Source of the DNA: Sulfolobales archaeon HS-7
GTDB lineage: Archaea; Thermoproteota; Thermoprotei_A; Sulfolobales; Sulfolobaceae
Reading direction: 5' to 3'
DNA: 64,000 nt
Assembly (NCBI GenBank): GCA_019704295.1
Contig: AP024596.1
Location: forward strand, 1,600,001-1,664,000
Shown: piece by piece, positions 51,474 through 61,487 of the stretch
Position numbering within the stretch: position 1 is the stretch's first letter
How the letters are laid out: every line of letters begins with the position of its first letter
Notes under the pieces: generated by a model
Database searches by the model: none
Seen by the model: only the letters and a program-made list of their open reading frames with translations
What the model was told of the DNA's origin: nothing
Made by a program: the position numbers and the translations under genes

Positions 51474-52678
51474 ATTATGACGCAGACGTAGCTATTGTAG
51501 GAGCGGGATTAGGGGGAATATCCGCATCAATATCCGCCGTAAAGGAAGGTCTTAACCCAATTGTAATAGAGAGGGGGGAATACTCTGGCGCTAAGAACGT
51601 ATCAGGAGGAAGGATGTACATACATGCATTGAAGAGTTTAATTCCCGACGTAGAAGAGAGGGCTCCTCTCGAGAGGCCTATAACTAGGGAAACCTACAAG
51701 GTATTCTGCAATAAGGGAAGGGAGTTATCCTTTACCTTTAAGGAAAAAAGTAAGACGAGTTTCTCAGTTCTCAGGGCGAAGTTCGACAGGTGGTATGCAT
51801 CAGCAGCCGAGGAGATAGGAGTGACAATATCATATGGTACTTACTTAATGGGATTACAGGAGGAAGAAGACGGAATTACCCTAAATACCTCTCTCGGAGA
51901 CATAAGGGTTAAGTACGTTATTGACGCAGGAGGTGTGACTGCCCCTGTCGCGAGGTTGTTGGGAAGAAACCTGAAGCCTGAGCACTTGATGCTGGGCGTT
52001 AAAGAGGTGATTTCATATGTTCAGGACTTGCCAGAGGACGAGGGAGAAGCAACGACAGTTATAGGTCTCACTAGAGGATTGAAGGGAGGTGGTTTCGTCT
52101 ATACAAATAAGGACACTACATCGATAGGTGTTACATTGAAGGTTGATTCCCTTCAAAGTGGTTCGATCAAAGCTAGCGAGGTGGTAGAGAATTACAGGGC
52201 GGGATTGGGATTAAGAGGGGACGTGCTAGAGTACTCCGCACATCTCATACCCTATTACGGATGGGGGAACCTTCCGCCACTGTACTATAACAGAGTCCTG
52301 GCTGTAGGCGATGCAGCGGGTTTACTCATTTCTGACGGATTCGTGATTAGAGGAATGGACCTTGCAATAGGTTCTGGCGTAATTGCAGGAATTGCCGTTA
52401 AGAAAGTAATAGATGGAAGTCCGCTGTCGATTTATGAGGAGATGCTAAAGAGAAGTTTCGTCCTAAGCGATATGAGAAAGGCGTGGAAGGCTTTTCAAGC
52501 GCTTTCAAACCCCAATTTCTACGGGGAATATGAGGATGCGTTATGTGAGGCACTATCTAGAGAATTCTTGGTTAACGGGAAACAAAGACCTACCCTGATA
52601 GAGGCCCTCCTAAAATCATTTTACGATAACGGATTGAATTTCTCGGAAGCGGTGAAAGAAATATGGAAAATAGTGTAA
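51470..52678 (+). CDS. fixC: FixC-family flavoprotein oxidoreductase
   Basis: GAGLGG, GAKNVSGG, GDAAG and RGMDLAI motifs. Confidence 0.9.
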   Translation: MNYDADVAIVGAGLGGISASISAVKEGLNPIVIERGEYSGAKNVSGGRMYIHALKSLIPDVEERAPLERPITRETYKVFCNKGRELSFTFKEKSKTSFSVLRAKFDRWYASAAEEIGVTISYGTYLMGLQEEEDGITLNTSLGDIRVKYVIDAGGVTAPVARLLGRNLKPEHLMLGVKEVISYVQDLPEDEGEATTVIGLTRGLKGGGFVYTNKDTTSIGVTLKVDSLQSGSIKASEVVENYRAGLGLRGDVLEYSAHLIPYYGWGNLPPLYYNRVLAVGDAAGLLISDGFVIRGMDLAIGSGVIAGIAVKKVIDGSPLSIYEEMLKRSFVLSDMRKAWKAFQALSNPNFYGEYEDALCEALSREFLVNGKQRPTLIEALLKSFYDNGLNFSEAVKEIWKIV

Positions 52679-52944
52679 TACCCCTTTTGAAAAGACTTTC
52701 GCTGAATAAGTACGAGGTATCCCAGGAATCTCATATCTCAATAAACACAAATATCTGTAAAACATGCGTAGAAAAGCCGTGTATTAGGGTTTGTCCTGCA
52801 GGGACATATGAGGCTATGCCAGACGGAACGGTAACAGCCCACTATGAACGTTGTCTGGAATGTGGTGCCGCATTAGTGGCATGTCCCTTTGGGGCGATAT
52901 CGTTTAAATGGCCTGATAAAGGCATAACTTATAGGTATGGATAA
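52663..52944 (+). CDS. fixX: FixX ferredoxin-like protein
   Basis: CPAG.Y and CLECGA motifs. Confidence 0.88.
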   Translation: MENSVIPLLKRLSLNKYEVSQESHISINTNICKTCVEKPCIRVCPAGTYEAMPDGTVTAHYERCLECGAALVACPFGAISFKWPDKGITYRYG

Positions 52945-53188
52945 CAACGAACGTTGGTTTCAAAGTTTAGGCGACTCTGATGCATTCCTGCAAAGTGATT
53001 GACAAACTGTCAATTCCAAAGATGATGTCTTAAGATATTTTAGCGTCATTTATAAAAGATCGCAGCTTCGTTGCAAGAAAACATCAACTATCACAGCCTT
53101 ATCGTTACCTAAGCTTTTCCCTAGAAGGAGGAGAGCCTCCCTTTAATTCTTAAGAGTTTTTCAACGCGTTTTTCAACCCAGAAGTCTA

Positions 53189-53627
53189 GTGAACTACCAC
53201 GTCCTTACGGACAGGGCATCCCCACCTCTCGATCTCCTGCTTCTTCCAGGGAACTTACTGTACACTCCCTTAGAGAAGGGGATGTACAGCAGAGGTCTCC
53301 TGTCCACAGGCTCTAAGGGCAGTCCCGACCCCGTGTGAAGGATGTTTAGAGAAGCGTTGTAATCGCGATCTACGACCCAACCACAGGGACAGGAAAAGGT
53401 ACGGTTTTGTAAAGACAAATCCTTCTTTACATGCCCACATTTAGCACACCTCCTTTAGGTGTACGCTGGGTTTACTTTGAATACTCTCCTACCAGCTCTT
53501 TCAGCCTTCCTAGGTAGTTCATGAACTCAGAAAAACTGGAATGGAGTATATGCTTCCTCAGAGTTTTACTTTCACCCCCTTCTACTCTCTCCTTCACGTC
53601 TAGATCTTCCACGCAAATCTCATCATA
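53189..53627 (-). mobile_element. IS200/IS605 remnant: right end with decayed tnpB 3' part
   Basis: Near-identical to 59164-59610; [10 protein letters not shown] retained; frameshifts and deletions further in. Confidence 0.88.
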
Positions 53628-53732
53628 GAATCCTTATTACGACACCCTGGGGATTAGATGAAATACAGTTAAACGCTTCCGATATCAATTCATTAGCAAG
53701 GGACTTGTCCACTATCAGTCGATAGTGTAATA

Positions 53733-54784
53733 TTACAGCAATTTCGAGGCATCCTTATACACCCTATCAAGGAACTCGTAATCCTTTATTATACTCATCT
53801 TCTCCAGACTTCGTATTATATTATCTATTACACTGGAAGAAATTGTTGAGTTTTCCTCCATTTCGATGCAACTTTGTAGCCTAGACCAGGAGTTTTCGCC
53901 TTTTGCTAAACATTTCAAAGCATTCTTATACCTACTAGCCGTTAAGGTGGAAACTCTTCTTTTTTCCTCTATTAAGTTAACTAATTCTTGCTTTGCTAAC
54001 AATACCGCCATCTCCTTAACTTCCCTAATCTGCTTACCTTCAACGTACTTATTACCAGCGAAAGTAAGCCAACCTGGTATTCCATCAAAGTAGTCCACGA
54101 TATCTTCTACTACCTTATCCTCTACCTTTATGGAAAGTTCCTCGAAACCAGCTCTTAAGAACTCTTCACTTCCATCTCTATTTAACCTATCTAAGGTTAT
54201 TTCGAAATAGTATCTTCCGAAAATGGGAGAGTCTTTATCTCTACATCAATTAATTCATGGAGTAATCCGACTTCGGAACCCGTTAAAATGAAAGTCAGGT
54301 TTCTGTCATAGTCGTAAGCGTGAGCTATGGCTTCCTTAACCTCCTTACTTATAGGTCCTCTTAATTTCTGCGCCTCGTCCATAGCTATTATTAGCCTTTT
54401 CTCGTTAAGTTTATCGAAAAGGTCGGTGAGTGAGAGATAGTTTCTTCCTCCCCACTTTATTTCTACGTAGTTACCCATAATCCCTATTCCCTTTACCTTC
54501 TTCAGCACATCCTGTAAATAACCCAGCTTAGACGACAACGCGGAAGAGAACAGAGAATAAAGGTCCTTCCTGCCGTAATTTTCCTTAAGTTTTCTGAAAT
54601 CTATGAGTATAAAATTTTCTTTAGCCTCGTTCAAGCCAACTAACAGGACTGAGGTCTTACCAATTCTTCTAACACCAGTGATAACTATTAATGGTCGCCT
54701 TATGTTTCTTACTAGCGCTGATACTTCCTTCTCACGGTCAAAGAGGTCCTCTTTTCTCTCCTTCGGTCTTTCATCAAATAACAT
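53733..54784 (-). pseudogene. Archaeal AAA ATPase with C-terminal wHTH, one frameshift near 54240
   Basis: MLFDERPK, GVRRIGKT, DEAQ and LTGSEVG, continuing in another frame as DKDSPIFGRYYFEI...FDGIPGWL. Confidence 0.85.
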
Positions 54785-54817
54785 ATTCTGCCCCAGAATA
54801 CTAGTTCTGCCCCAGAA
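54784..54817. promoter_or_regulatory. Tandem palindromic boxes at the AAA ATPase start
   Basis: TTCTGCCCCAGAA at 54786 and 54805, each an inverted repeat around CCC. Confidence 0.6.
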
Positions 54818-55327
54818 GTAATAAAAACGTCAGGGAAAACTAGGGAAGGAATTAATTGGATTAGGGATGCAAGAACAAGGATAACGTCTAATGTAAAATT
54901 TATGTTATTTTCTTTATAAACTAAACTCCAAAAGAAAAACAAGTATCGTGAAACATTGCCAGAAGGATAACACCTAAGGGTAATTATAAGTAGGTTATAT
55001 CAAAGGGACGACTAATTCGTACGCAATCACTAAGGGGGAATACCTAAAGGAAATCCTTAAGAAGTTGAGGGTTGTGATTGAGGGAGTTCAAGGGTTTCTA
55101 TCTCCCCAGATACGAATTGACCTACTTCAAGACGCTTCTTATGAAACTTTTCAAAGAGTTGGGAGCAGTGGGGCGATCATTCACTAACGTTATCAAGTGT
55201 TCCCTAGGTACTATGACGATAATTAAGGAGAAAAGGTAAAGCGAATATTCGAGTAAATTGTCGACCATTACTATGTCTATACGTACCTTATTCAGTTCCA
55301 AAACTCCGATACGCGTTATGTATCGTG

Positions 55328-56638
55328 TCAATTCGCCAGGTTACTTATTTCCTCACTTGTCATTTCAATCGGTACGTAATTGGTATCATAACCTTTGAAA
55401 AACCAGTAACCAACGGCAGCTAATCCCAACCCCCACAATCCTAAATTATAGATTGTCCATTGAGGCCAACTTAACGCAGTCGTTAAGTACCCCGATATCG
55501 TATAGGATATTATAGGAGCGCTTCTAACCACCCCTATTAGAAATGCCCTGGCGTTGGTCGGCATAAGAAGGGGTTCCATAATCGTTCTAGTGGCCCATGC
55601 GAACTCACTAAATGCCATATTTAAAGAGAGGAGTATATAGAAAGTGGATAAAGAGAACGGTAATACCCCTGTCGCTAGAAGAACTATCGGAATCATGGTG
55701 ATCGTACCTCCAAGAAACGATAAAATGCCGAATACTCTTGATGAGATCATCACAATAAACAGCCCTATTCCCAGTCCGGCAATTCCCGCGGCGAGATTAG
55801 CTATGAAAATGGAAAAAGACGCAACGCTCCCGGGTATTTGACTCTGGTAGAATTCTGGGGCAACGTATGCCATAAGACCATAGGTAAGGTACTGGGAAAT
55901 TCCAATTAACATGAGGAAGAGAATCCTCGTCTTTAATCCTACTCTCACTTTATTTTCCCTCACCCTTGTATTTTCCTCAGAAAGTGACGAAACCGTCTTC
56001 TTAGCCTCCTCTAACTTACCTTTATGTATATACCATCTAGCGGAGTCCGGAGAGAACTTCCTTATTATTAGCGTTATCCCTACAATAATTAGAGTAAATA
56101 TTCCTAGACTTGCCATCATTATGGTCTCAGAATTAGTGAACTGATAAATCAGGTAAGCTATTAACGATATTACAGCTGCGCCTATGTTATTGAAGTTTGG
56201 GATGAGAGTAAGAGCTTTTTCTCTGTGCTTTAACGGGAATGTTTCAGCAGCATATGCTAGCCCTACCGGAACCTCACCCTCTATGCCGAGAGTTCCAAGA
56301 AATATCCCTGCCATTATTGTTGTGAAAAGCCATGTTCCCTTAGCGAAAAAAGCTCCAGCTACAATTAAGGCTGCCCCTAGACCGTATAACGACATGGTTA
56401 TTACATAGGAGTTCTTCCTTCCCAATCTAATGTCGGAAATATATGGAATGATCAAAGTTCCCAAAAACGTAGCGATTGGAGGAATTATGAAAACCAGAAT
56501 AGTCTTAAATTGAAAATAGGATAGAGGTCCTATCGTAGCGTAAACTCCCCATATGAAAAACCCTAATGATAGTGATGTGAAGAGAAAAGAGTGAGCTTTA
56601 GACCATTTAGCTTTATCAATTTTCGCGGTAATGCTCAT
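55328..56638 (-). CDS. MFS transporter
   Basis: SD.RLGRK, AETFP...R and PDSARW motifs; about 12 TM segments. Confidence 0.88.
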   Translation of the reverse strand: MSITAKIDKAKWSKAHSFLFTSLSLGFFIWGVYATIGPLSYFQFKTILVFIIPPIATFLGTLIIPYISDIRLGRKNSYVITMSLYGLGAALIVAGAFFAKGTWLFTTIMAGIFLGTLGIEGEVPVGLAYAAETFPLKHREKALTLIPNFNNIGAAVISLIAYLIYQFTNSETIMMASLGIFTLIIVGITLIIRKFSPDSARWYIHKGKLEEAKKTVSSLSEENTRVRENKVRVGLKTRILFLMLIGISQYLTYGLMAYVAPEFYQSQIPGSVASFSIFIANLAAGIAGLGIGLFIVMISSRVFGILSFLGGTITMIPIVLLATGVLPFSLSTFYILLSLNMAFSEFAWATRTIMEPLLMPTNARAFLIGVVRSAPIISYTISGYLTTALSWPQWTIYNLGLWGLGLAAVGYWFFKGYDTNYVPIEMTSEEISNLAN

Positions 56639-56699
56639 AATCTAAAATACGTATAGTGAGTTATAAGTGTATTTATAACTAAGTTATAACGAAAAAAAT

Positions 56700-58259
56700 T
56701 CAAGTATATATGGTTCTCGCTTGCTCCCTCATGAACGAAAGCAGGTAATACTGACCGCCGGCGTTCTTCCCAGTATAGCCTGAGTGCTTCCAGCCTCCGA
56801 AAGGTTGTACGCCTGGCATTGCACCGGTTGTCGCTCCGACTTCCCTATTAGCGTAAGCTACGCCGGACTCTATATTGCTGAAGAAGTACTCGATCTCCTC
56901 CTTATCCTCACTGAAAATTCCCGCAGTAAGGCCGTAATCTACATCATTGGCAAGTCTTATCGCTCTTTCTAGTGTGTCGTACTTAGTTACAAGCAGGATT
57001 GGAACGAAAAGCTCGGTCTTCCACAGGCGGCTAGTTAACGGTAGATCGGTAACTACTGTAGGTTCAACGTAAAGATCGTGTAACGCTTTCCCTCCGTAAG
57101 CTATCTTCCCTCCATCTCTTTTAGCCTCTTCAATGAAATTCGTATACTTCTTAACTGCTTCTCTGTTTATAATAGGCCCTAAGAAAGTGTCTCTCTCGCG
57201 CGGATCTCCGACTTTGATTTTCTTTACCCTTTCAACCAGCTTCTCTATGAAAGTTTCATAGACCTTATCATAAACGTAAACCCTCGATGTAGCACTGCAT
57301 TTTTGCCCTCCAAAGCCAAAAGCTCCCCTAGTGACTCCCTCCACAGCCTTATCTAGATTAGCCTTTGAAGTTACTATAACTGGGTTCTTTCCACCGAGTT
57401 CCATCACGACAGGTCTAGGATTAATTGAGGTTAACTCCTTTAATAGGGAATGCCCTACATCCCTACTTCCGGTAAACGCTAAACCGGAAACGTCCTTGCT
57501 ACTTAGCGCGACCTTTGCTATTGTGCTTCCGCTACCTGTTACGTAATTTACAACGTTTTGAGGAAATCCCGCCCTTCTCATTATAGTGACTAGATTATAG
57601 GCGGAAAGAGGTGTGTCAGAGGAAGGCTTAACGATAGCGGTATTCCCAGTAATTACAGCCCCTAAGGTCATCGTAGAGGTTATAGCCAGCGGAAAGTTAA
57701 ATGGGGCTATTATAAGCCATACTCCGTAGGGTCTCATCACTGAAGTCGCGATCTCATTTTTATACATTCTTGCATCCATTTCCTTTACGTATCCTCTGTT
57801 TTCCTGAAGTAGTTTGGCATAATATCTGAAATAATCAATGGTTTCATCTACTTCTGCAACTGCTTCAGCACGCGTTTTACCGTTCTCATAAGCTATAGTC
57901 GCCGCCAATTCGAACTTTTCTCTCTGCATCAATTCCGCCGCTCTCATAGTAATTTCAACTCTAGTCTTCCAATCTATGTCCCTCCACTCGTAAAAACCCT
58001 CCTTTGCTATTTGAATTGCCTTTGACACAGTAGTCTCGCTCGCTAAGTTAAACTTACCTATAACCGTCTTCTCGTCAATAGGAGATTTTACTTCAAATTT
58101 AGAACTCTCATGTATTTCTTGATTTCCGATCAGTATCGGATACTCCCTATTTAATTTCTCTTCTACTTTTTTAAGTCCCTTTTCATACTCCTCGTTGAAT
58201 TCGTCTAACTTGTTTTCCTCTTGATACTTTAATTGGGTTCTCTCGTTTACGAATCCCAT
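56700..58259 (-). CDS. Aldehyde dehydrogenase (1-pyrroline-5-carboxylate dehydrogenase-like)
   Basis: PFNFP, FTGS, MELGGKN, GQKCSA and QPFGGWK motifs; start placed at MGFVNE. Confidence 0.9.
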   Translation of the reverse strand: MGFVNERTQLKYQEENKLDEFNEEYEKGLKKVEEKLNREYPILIGNQEIHESSKFEVKSPIDEKTVIGKFNLASETTVSKAIQIAKEGFYEWRDIDWKTRVEITMRAAELMQREKFELAATIAYENGKTRAEAVAEVDETIDYFRYYAKLLQENRGYVKEMDARMYKNEIATSVMRPYGVWLIIAPFNFPLAITSTMTLGAVITGNTAIVKPSSDTPLSAYNLVTIMRRAGFPQNVVNYVTGSGSTIAKVALSSKDVSGLAFTGSRDVGHSLLKELTSINPRPVVMELGGKNPVIVTSKANLDKAVEGVTRGAFGFGGQKCSATSRVYVYDKVYETFIEKLVERVKKIKVGDPRERDTFLGPIINREAVKKYTNFIEEAKRDGGKIAYGGKALHDLYVEPTVVTDLPLTSRLWKTELFVPILLVTKYDTLERAIRLANDVDYGLTAGIFSEDKEEIEYFFSNIESGVAYANREVGATTGAMPGVQPFGGWKHSGYTGKNAGGQYYLLSFMREQARTIYT

Positions 58260-58443
58260 ATATATATTTTCTATCAATAGAATAAAAATTCTATTCTACC
58301 TTATCCAATTACCCACTTTATTTCGGAAAGAACAGTTTAACAGATAGTGATATTTTCAGGATATAATAACAATTACTACAATTGCTATTCTATATATAGG
58401 AAAAAATATAATCTATGAAAAGGATATATCTTTTTGAGACCTC

Positions 58444-59163
58444 ATGACGAGGGTAATATTAACCGCAGATAGAAGTGCATTCACGGATTACGCTGGAACC
58501 AGTGTACTCGGCTATGTCGCATGTATGCCTAGTAGATTAGTCCCTAGGTACTTTATGGACAAGTTCTTCACCCCTCCCATAAAGGCAGACAAAAACGGCA
58601 AGGCCTTGTATGCCCCCTATTCCCTAAGGAAGCTTGAGGCGTTGCTATCTAACGAGGGATTCGACACAATGGTTACCCCTCCTGAATACCTAAAAAAGGT
58701 AGCTAATGAGGGAGATATAGTGGGTATTACGGCTCATGACCCCTTAGGAATAGAACCCGTTTCCATGAAGCTTTCAATGCTTTTCGGAGGTGGAAAAACT
58801 TGGACTGCAGAGTTCTTTGAGGAATTGGGAGAGCAGGTTAGAAAGGTAAAGAAGGAAAAGGGAATAAAAGTCCTCGTGGGAGGACCTGGGGTGTGGCAAC
58901 TTGAAAGGGAGAGACCTGAATGGATCGATACCGTCTATATTGGTGATGGTGAAACGGACCTTCCCGAAGTATTAAAGAAAATAGAGGCAGGAGAGAAAAT
59001 ACCTGTGGTAAAGGCGAGAAAGGTACGAGATGTCACAAAAATCCCAACAATAAAAAATCCTGCGAGACTAGGAGAGGTTCAGGTGACAAGGGGGTGTCCC
59101 CGGGGGTGTCAATTTTGCTCAATAACTCCCGAGACATTCATGTCAATACCGTTAGATGACGTA
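58444..59163 (+). pseudogene. Radical SAM protein gene interrupted by the IS element; 3' part missing
   Basis: TRGCPRGCQFC (CX3CX2C), after which the frame runs into the IS right end at 59164. Confidence 0.85.
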
Positions 59164-59168
59164 GTGAA

Positions 59169-60311
59169 CTACCCCGCCCTCACGGACAGGGCATCCCCAC
59201 CTCGCGGTGAGGATTTCCTGCTTCTTCCAGGGAACTTACTGTACACTCCCTTAGAGAAGGGGATGTACAGCAGAGGTCTCCTGTCCACAGGCTCTAAGGG
59301 CAGTCCCGACCCCGCGTGAAGGATATTTAGAGAAGCGTTATAATCACGGTCTACAGCGCAACCACAATTAGGACAAACAAACACTCGGTCGGAAAGGGTT
59401 AGGTCTTTTTTCACGTATCCACACCTAGCACATGTCTTTGAAGTATTCCTCGGATCTACCTTCACTACCCTCCTACCAGCTCTTTCAGCCTTGTAGGATA
59501 GGTAGCTCATGAACTTAGAGAAGTTAGAGTGGAGGACATGCTTCCTCAGAGTTTTACTCTCGTTACTCTCCACCATTTCCCTTACGTCTAGGTCTTCCAC
59601 GCATATCTTATCATATTGTTCCACGAGCCACGAAGTCACCTTGTGGAGGTAATCGCTCATCAAGTTCTTCACATGTTCGTGAAGCTTGGCTAATTTTTCC
59701 CTGACCTTCTCGTAGTTTTTAGATCCCTTCCTCTTTCTTGATAGTGATCTCTGCAGGACCTTTATCCTCTTCTCGACATTGTCGAAAACCTTAGGGTTCC
59801 CTATCACTATACCGGTAGACGTAGTTACTAGCTTGTCAACTCCCAGGTCTATTCCGACCACTTTCCCAGTTTTCTCGCGAGGTCTCTTTTCGACCTCAAC
59901 CTGAAAGATAGCATGCCAACCAGTGGCACTCCTCTTTATGATAACTCCCTTTACCTCACCTTCCAAAGGTCTGTGGAAGAGGACTTCCATTTCGCCTACC
60001 TTAGATAGGACGAGTCTGTCTCCCTGAACTTTGAAACCTGACTGGTTATAATTGATCACCTTGAGGAACTTCTTGTACCTCAGTTTCCCCACTTTCCTCT
60101 CCTTCTTCCTAAGTTCGTGAAGGGCGTTGATGTTATACCATAGTAAGTTGTTGACCATCTGGAGGACTTTGGAGTAAACTAGTTCCTTTCCTTCTATTTT
60201 TAGGTCTTTCAACATGTTTTGAGTGTCCTTGGGTGTTATCTTTTTCCCTTCTTTCCTCGCGTTATTTACCGTGTCTAACAACGCATTGTAAACCCTAGCT
60301 TCGATTTGCAT
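59169..60311 (-). CDS. tnpB: TnpB RNA-guided endonuclease
   Basis: RuvC motifs GIDLG, VEDL and DRDYNA; CARCG/CPNCG zinc finger; frame stays open upstream past 60407. Confidence 0.93.
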   Translation of the reverse strand: MQIEARVYNALLDTVNNARKEGKKITPKDTQNMLKDLKIEGKELVYSKVLQMVNNLLWYNINALHELRKKERKVGKLRYKKFLKVINYNQSGFKVQGDRLVLSKVGEMEVLFHRPLEGEVKGVIIKRSATGWHAIFQVEVEKRPREKTGKVVGIDLGVDKLVTTSTGIVIGNPKVFDNVEKRIKVLQRSLSRKRKGSKNYEKVREKLAKLHEHVKNLMSDYLHKVTSWLVEQYDKICVEDLDVREMVESNESKTLRKHVLHSNFSKFMSYLSYKAERAGRRVVKVDPRNTSKTCARCGYVKKDLTLSDRVFVCPNCGCAVDRDYNASLNILHAGSGLPLEPVDRRPLLYIPFSKGVYSKFPGRSRKSSPRGGDALSVRAG

Positions 60312-60381
60312 GACGCGGAGGAGTTTCTCCTCTACTTCTCTTGTTGGATAAACCCTGTACTTGAAGGAGAGTTGAATTTTG

Positions 60382-60789
60382 TTACTCTCTCTCCTGGCTC
60401 TCCACGTATTTCCTCAACACCTCTAGCGTTACCTGTCCACTTGTCGCTAGGAAATATGAGGGAGACCAGAAGTGTCCTTTCCACAGTTTCTCTTTCATTT
60501 GAGGGAATTTCCTCTGTATTTCCCTTGAGGTAATGGTCTTGACCGCGTTTATGTATCTAGGTATGTCCAAGGTCGGTTTTGCTTTGAATAACATGTGAAA
60601 GTGATCCTTATCCACACCAATGTCTATTACCTCGACTTCGAATGTTTTGCTTATCTCCAGGATTTGTTCTTTTAGAAAATTGATTATTTCCTCGTTGTTA
60701 AATACCTTCCTGCGGTACTTCACCACCTGGACGTAGTGGTAATAAAGAGCGTAAACCGAGTGCGACCCTCTCTCCAATCTGTACCGCAT
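60382..60789 (-). CDS. tnpA: IS200-type Y1 HUH transposase
   Basis: KYRRK, DHFH (HUH), FWSPSY and KYVESQ motifs. Confidence 0.95.
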   Translation of the reverse strand: MRYRLERGSHSVYALYYHYVQVVKYRRKVFNNEEIINFLKEQILEISKTFEVEVIDIGVDKDHFHMLFKAKPTLDIPRYINAVKTITSREIQRKFPQMKEKLWKGHFWSPSYFLATSGQVTLEVLRKYVESQERE

Positions 60790-61122
60790 AGTTATGCTTA
60801 TTTTTTTATAACTATAAAAAGATTTCTATAAGGGGGCTATCCTCACGGAAGGGGACTTTCGCCCCCTTAACCCCCCCATAAAGTTAAAAGAGACAAAGGG
60901 ACATTCTGCAATGAAGTATAGCGGAATTCAACTTTCATCAACGCTGGATATGATAAACTCGATCTATAGGCTATTCAGAATATCGGTTTCTAATACCTAA
61001 GTTAGCTCAACTGACATACAAGATCTATACGAGATGATGTATCCCAGATAAAGATGATATCTTTACTATTCGGTGCTGACTCCTTGGATATGGGTAATAA
61101 ATATGTATGAATTTCCAACCTA

Positions 61123-61285
61123 GGCCGTTCACGTATTCATTGCGAATTCGGTTTGTTTAGAAATATAGAATGAATTTAATTGAGTTTAATCATATAAATT
61201 ATGTAGGAATTCGTACTTGTAATTTCCTTTATTTGTTGCTATTTCCAATGATTGTAATTCGCGATGAATACCTGAGACATCCTCC
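61123..61285 (+). repeat. Dispersed ~160-bp intergenic repeat, copy E
   Basis: GGCCGTTCACGTATTCATTGCGAATTCGGTTTGTTTAGAAA, GAATTTAATTGA, TAGGAATTCGTACTT and TTGTAATTCGCGA. Confidence 0.8.
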
Positions 61286-61487
61286 AACCCATTTTCTACA
61301 TCACTAGTTAGTTTCTACACGAAGTTCATAAGAATCTGAACTTTTTCTTCGCGTAGAGCGTATGTAACGTGACAAGAATATAAAGTAGCAAAAGATCCGC
61401 CTAGTAGGACTCTTATTATGTAGTGCTAGTTCATACTCTTCCCAAGGGGAAACAAAGTTTTTTCCTATTAACTTGTTAAGTATTATC

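Larger units (their letters stand above)
59164..60883 (-). mobile_element. Full-length IS200/IS605 element (tnpA + tnpB), 1720 bp, ISC1733-like
   Basis: Right end ...GGTAGTTCAC, GC-rich left-end hairpin, 5'-flanking TTTAA and no target duplication; ends confirmed against the copies at 37029 and 53189. Confidence 0.92.

Noticed and set aside
42579-52944. Acyl-CoA catabolism and ETF/Fix cluster as a novel pathway
   Set aside because: Typical Sulfolobales gene content; the substrate cannot be inferred from sequence
59164-59319. C-terminal tail of the 291-aa radical SAM ORF
   Set aside because: Read-through into the antisense strand of the IS right end, not native protein
61033-61080. Possible C/D box sRNA (ATGATG...CTGA)
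   Set aside because: Box spacing does not leave two guides of the expected length, and the C boxes are imperfect
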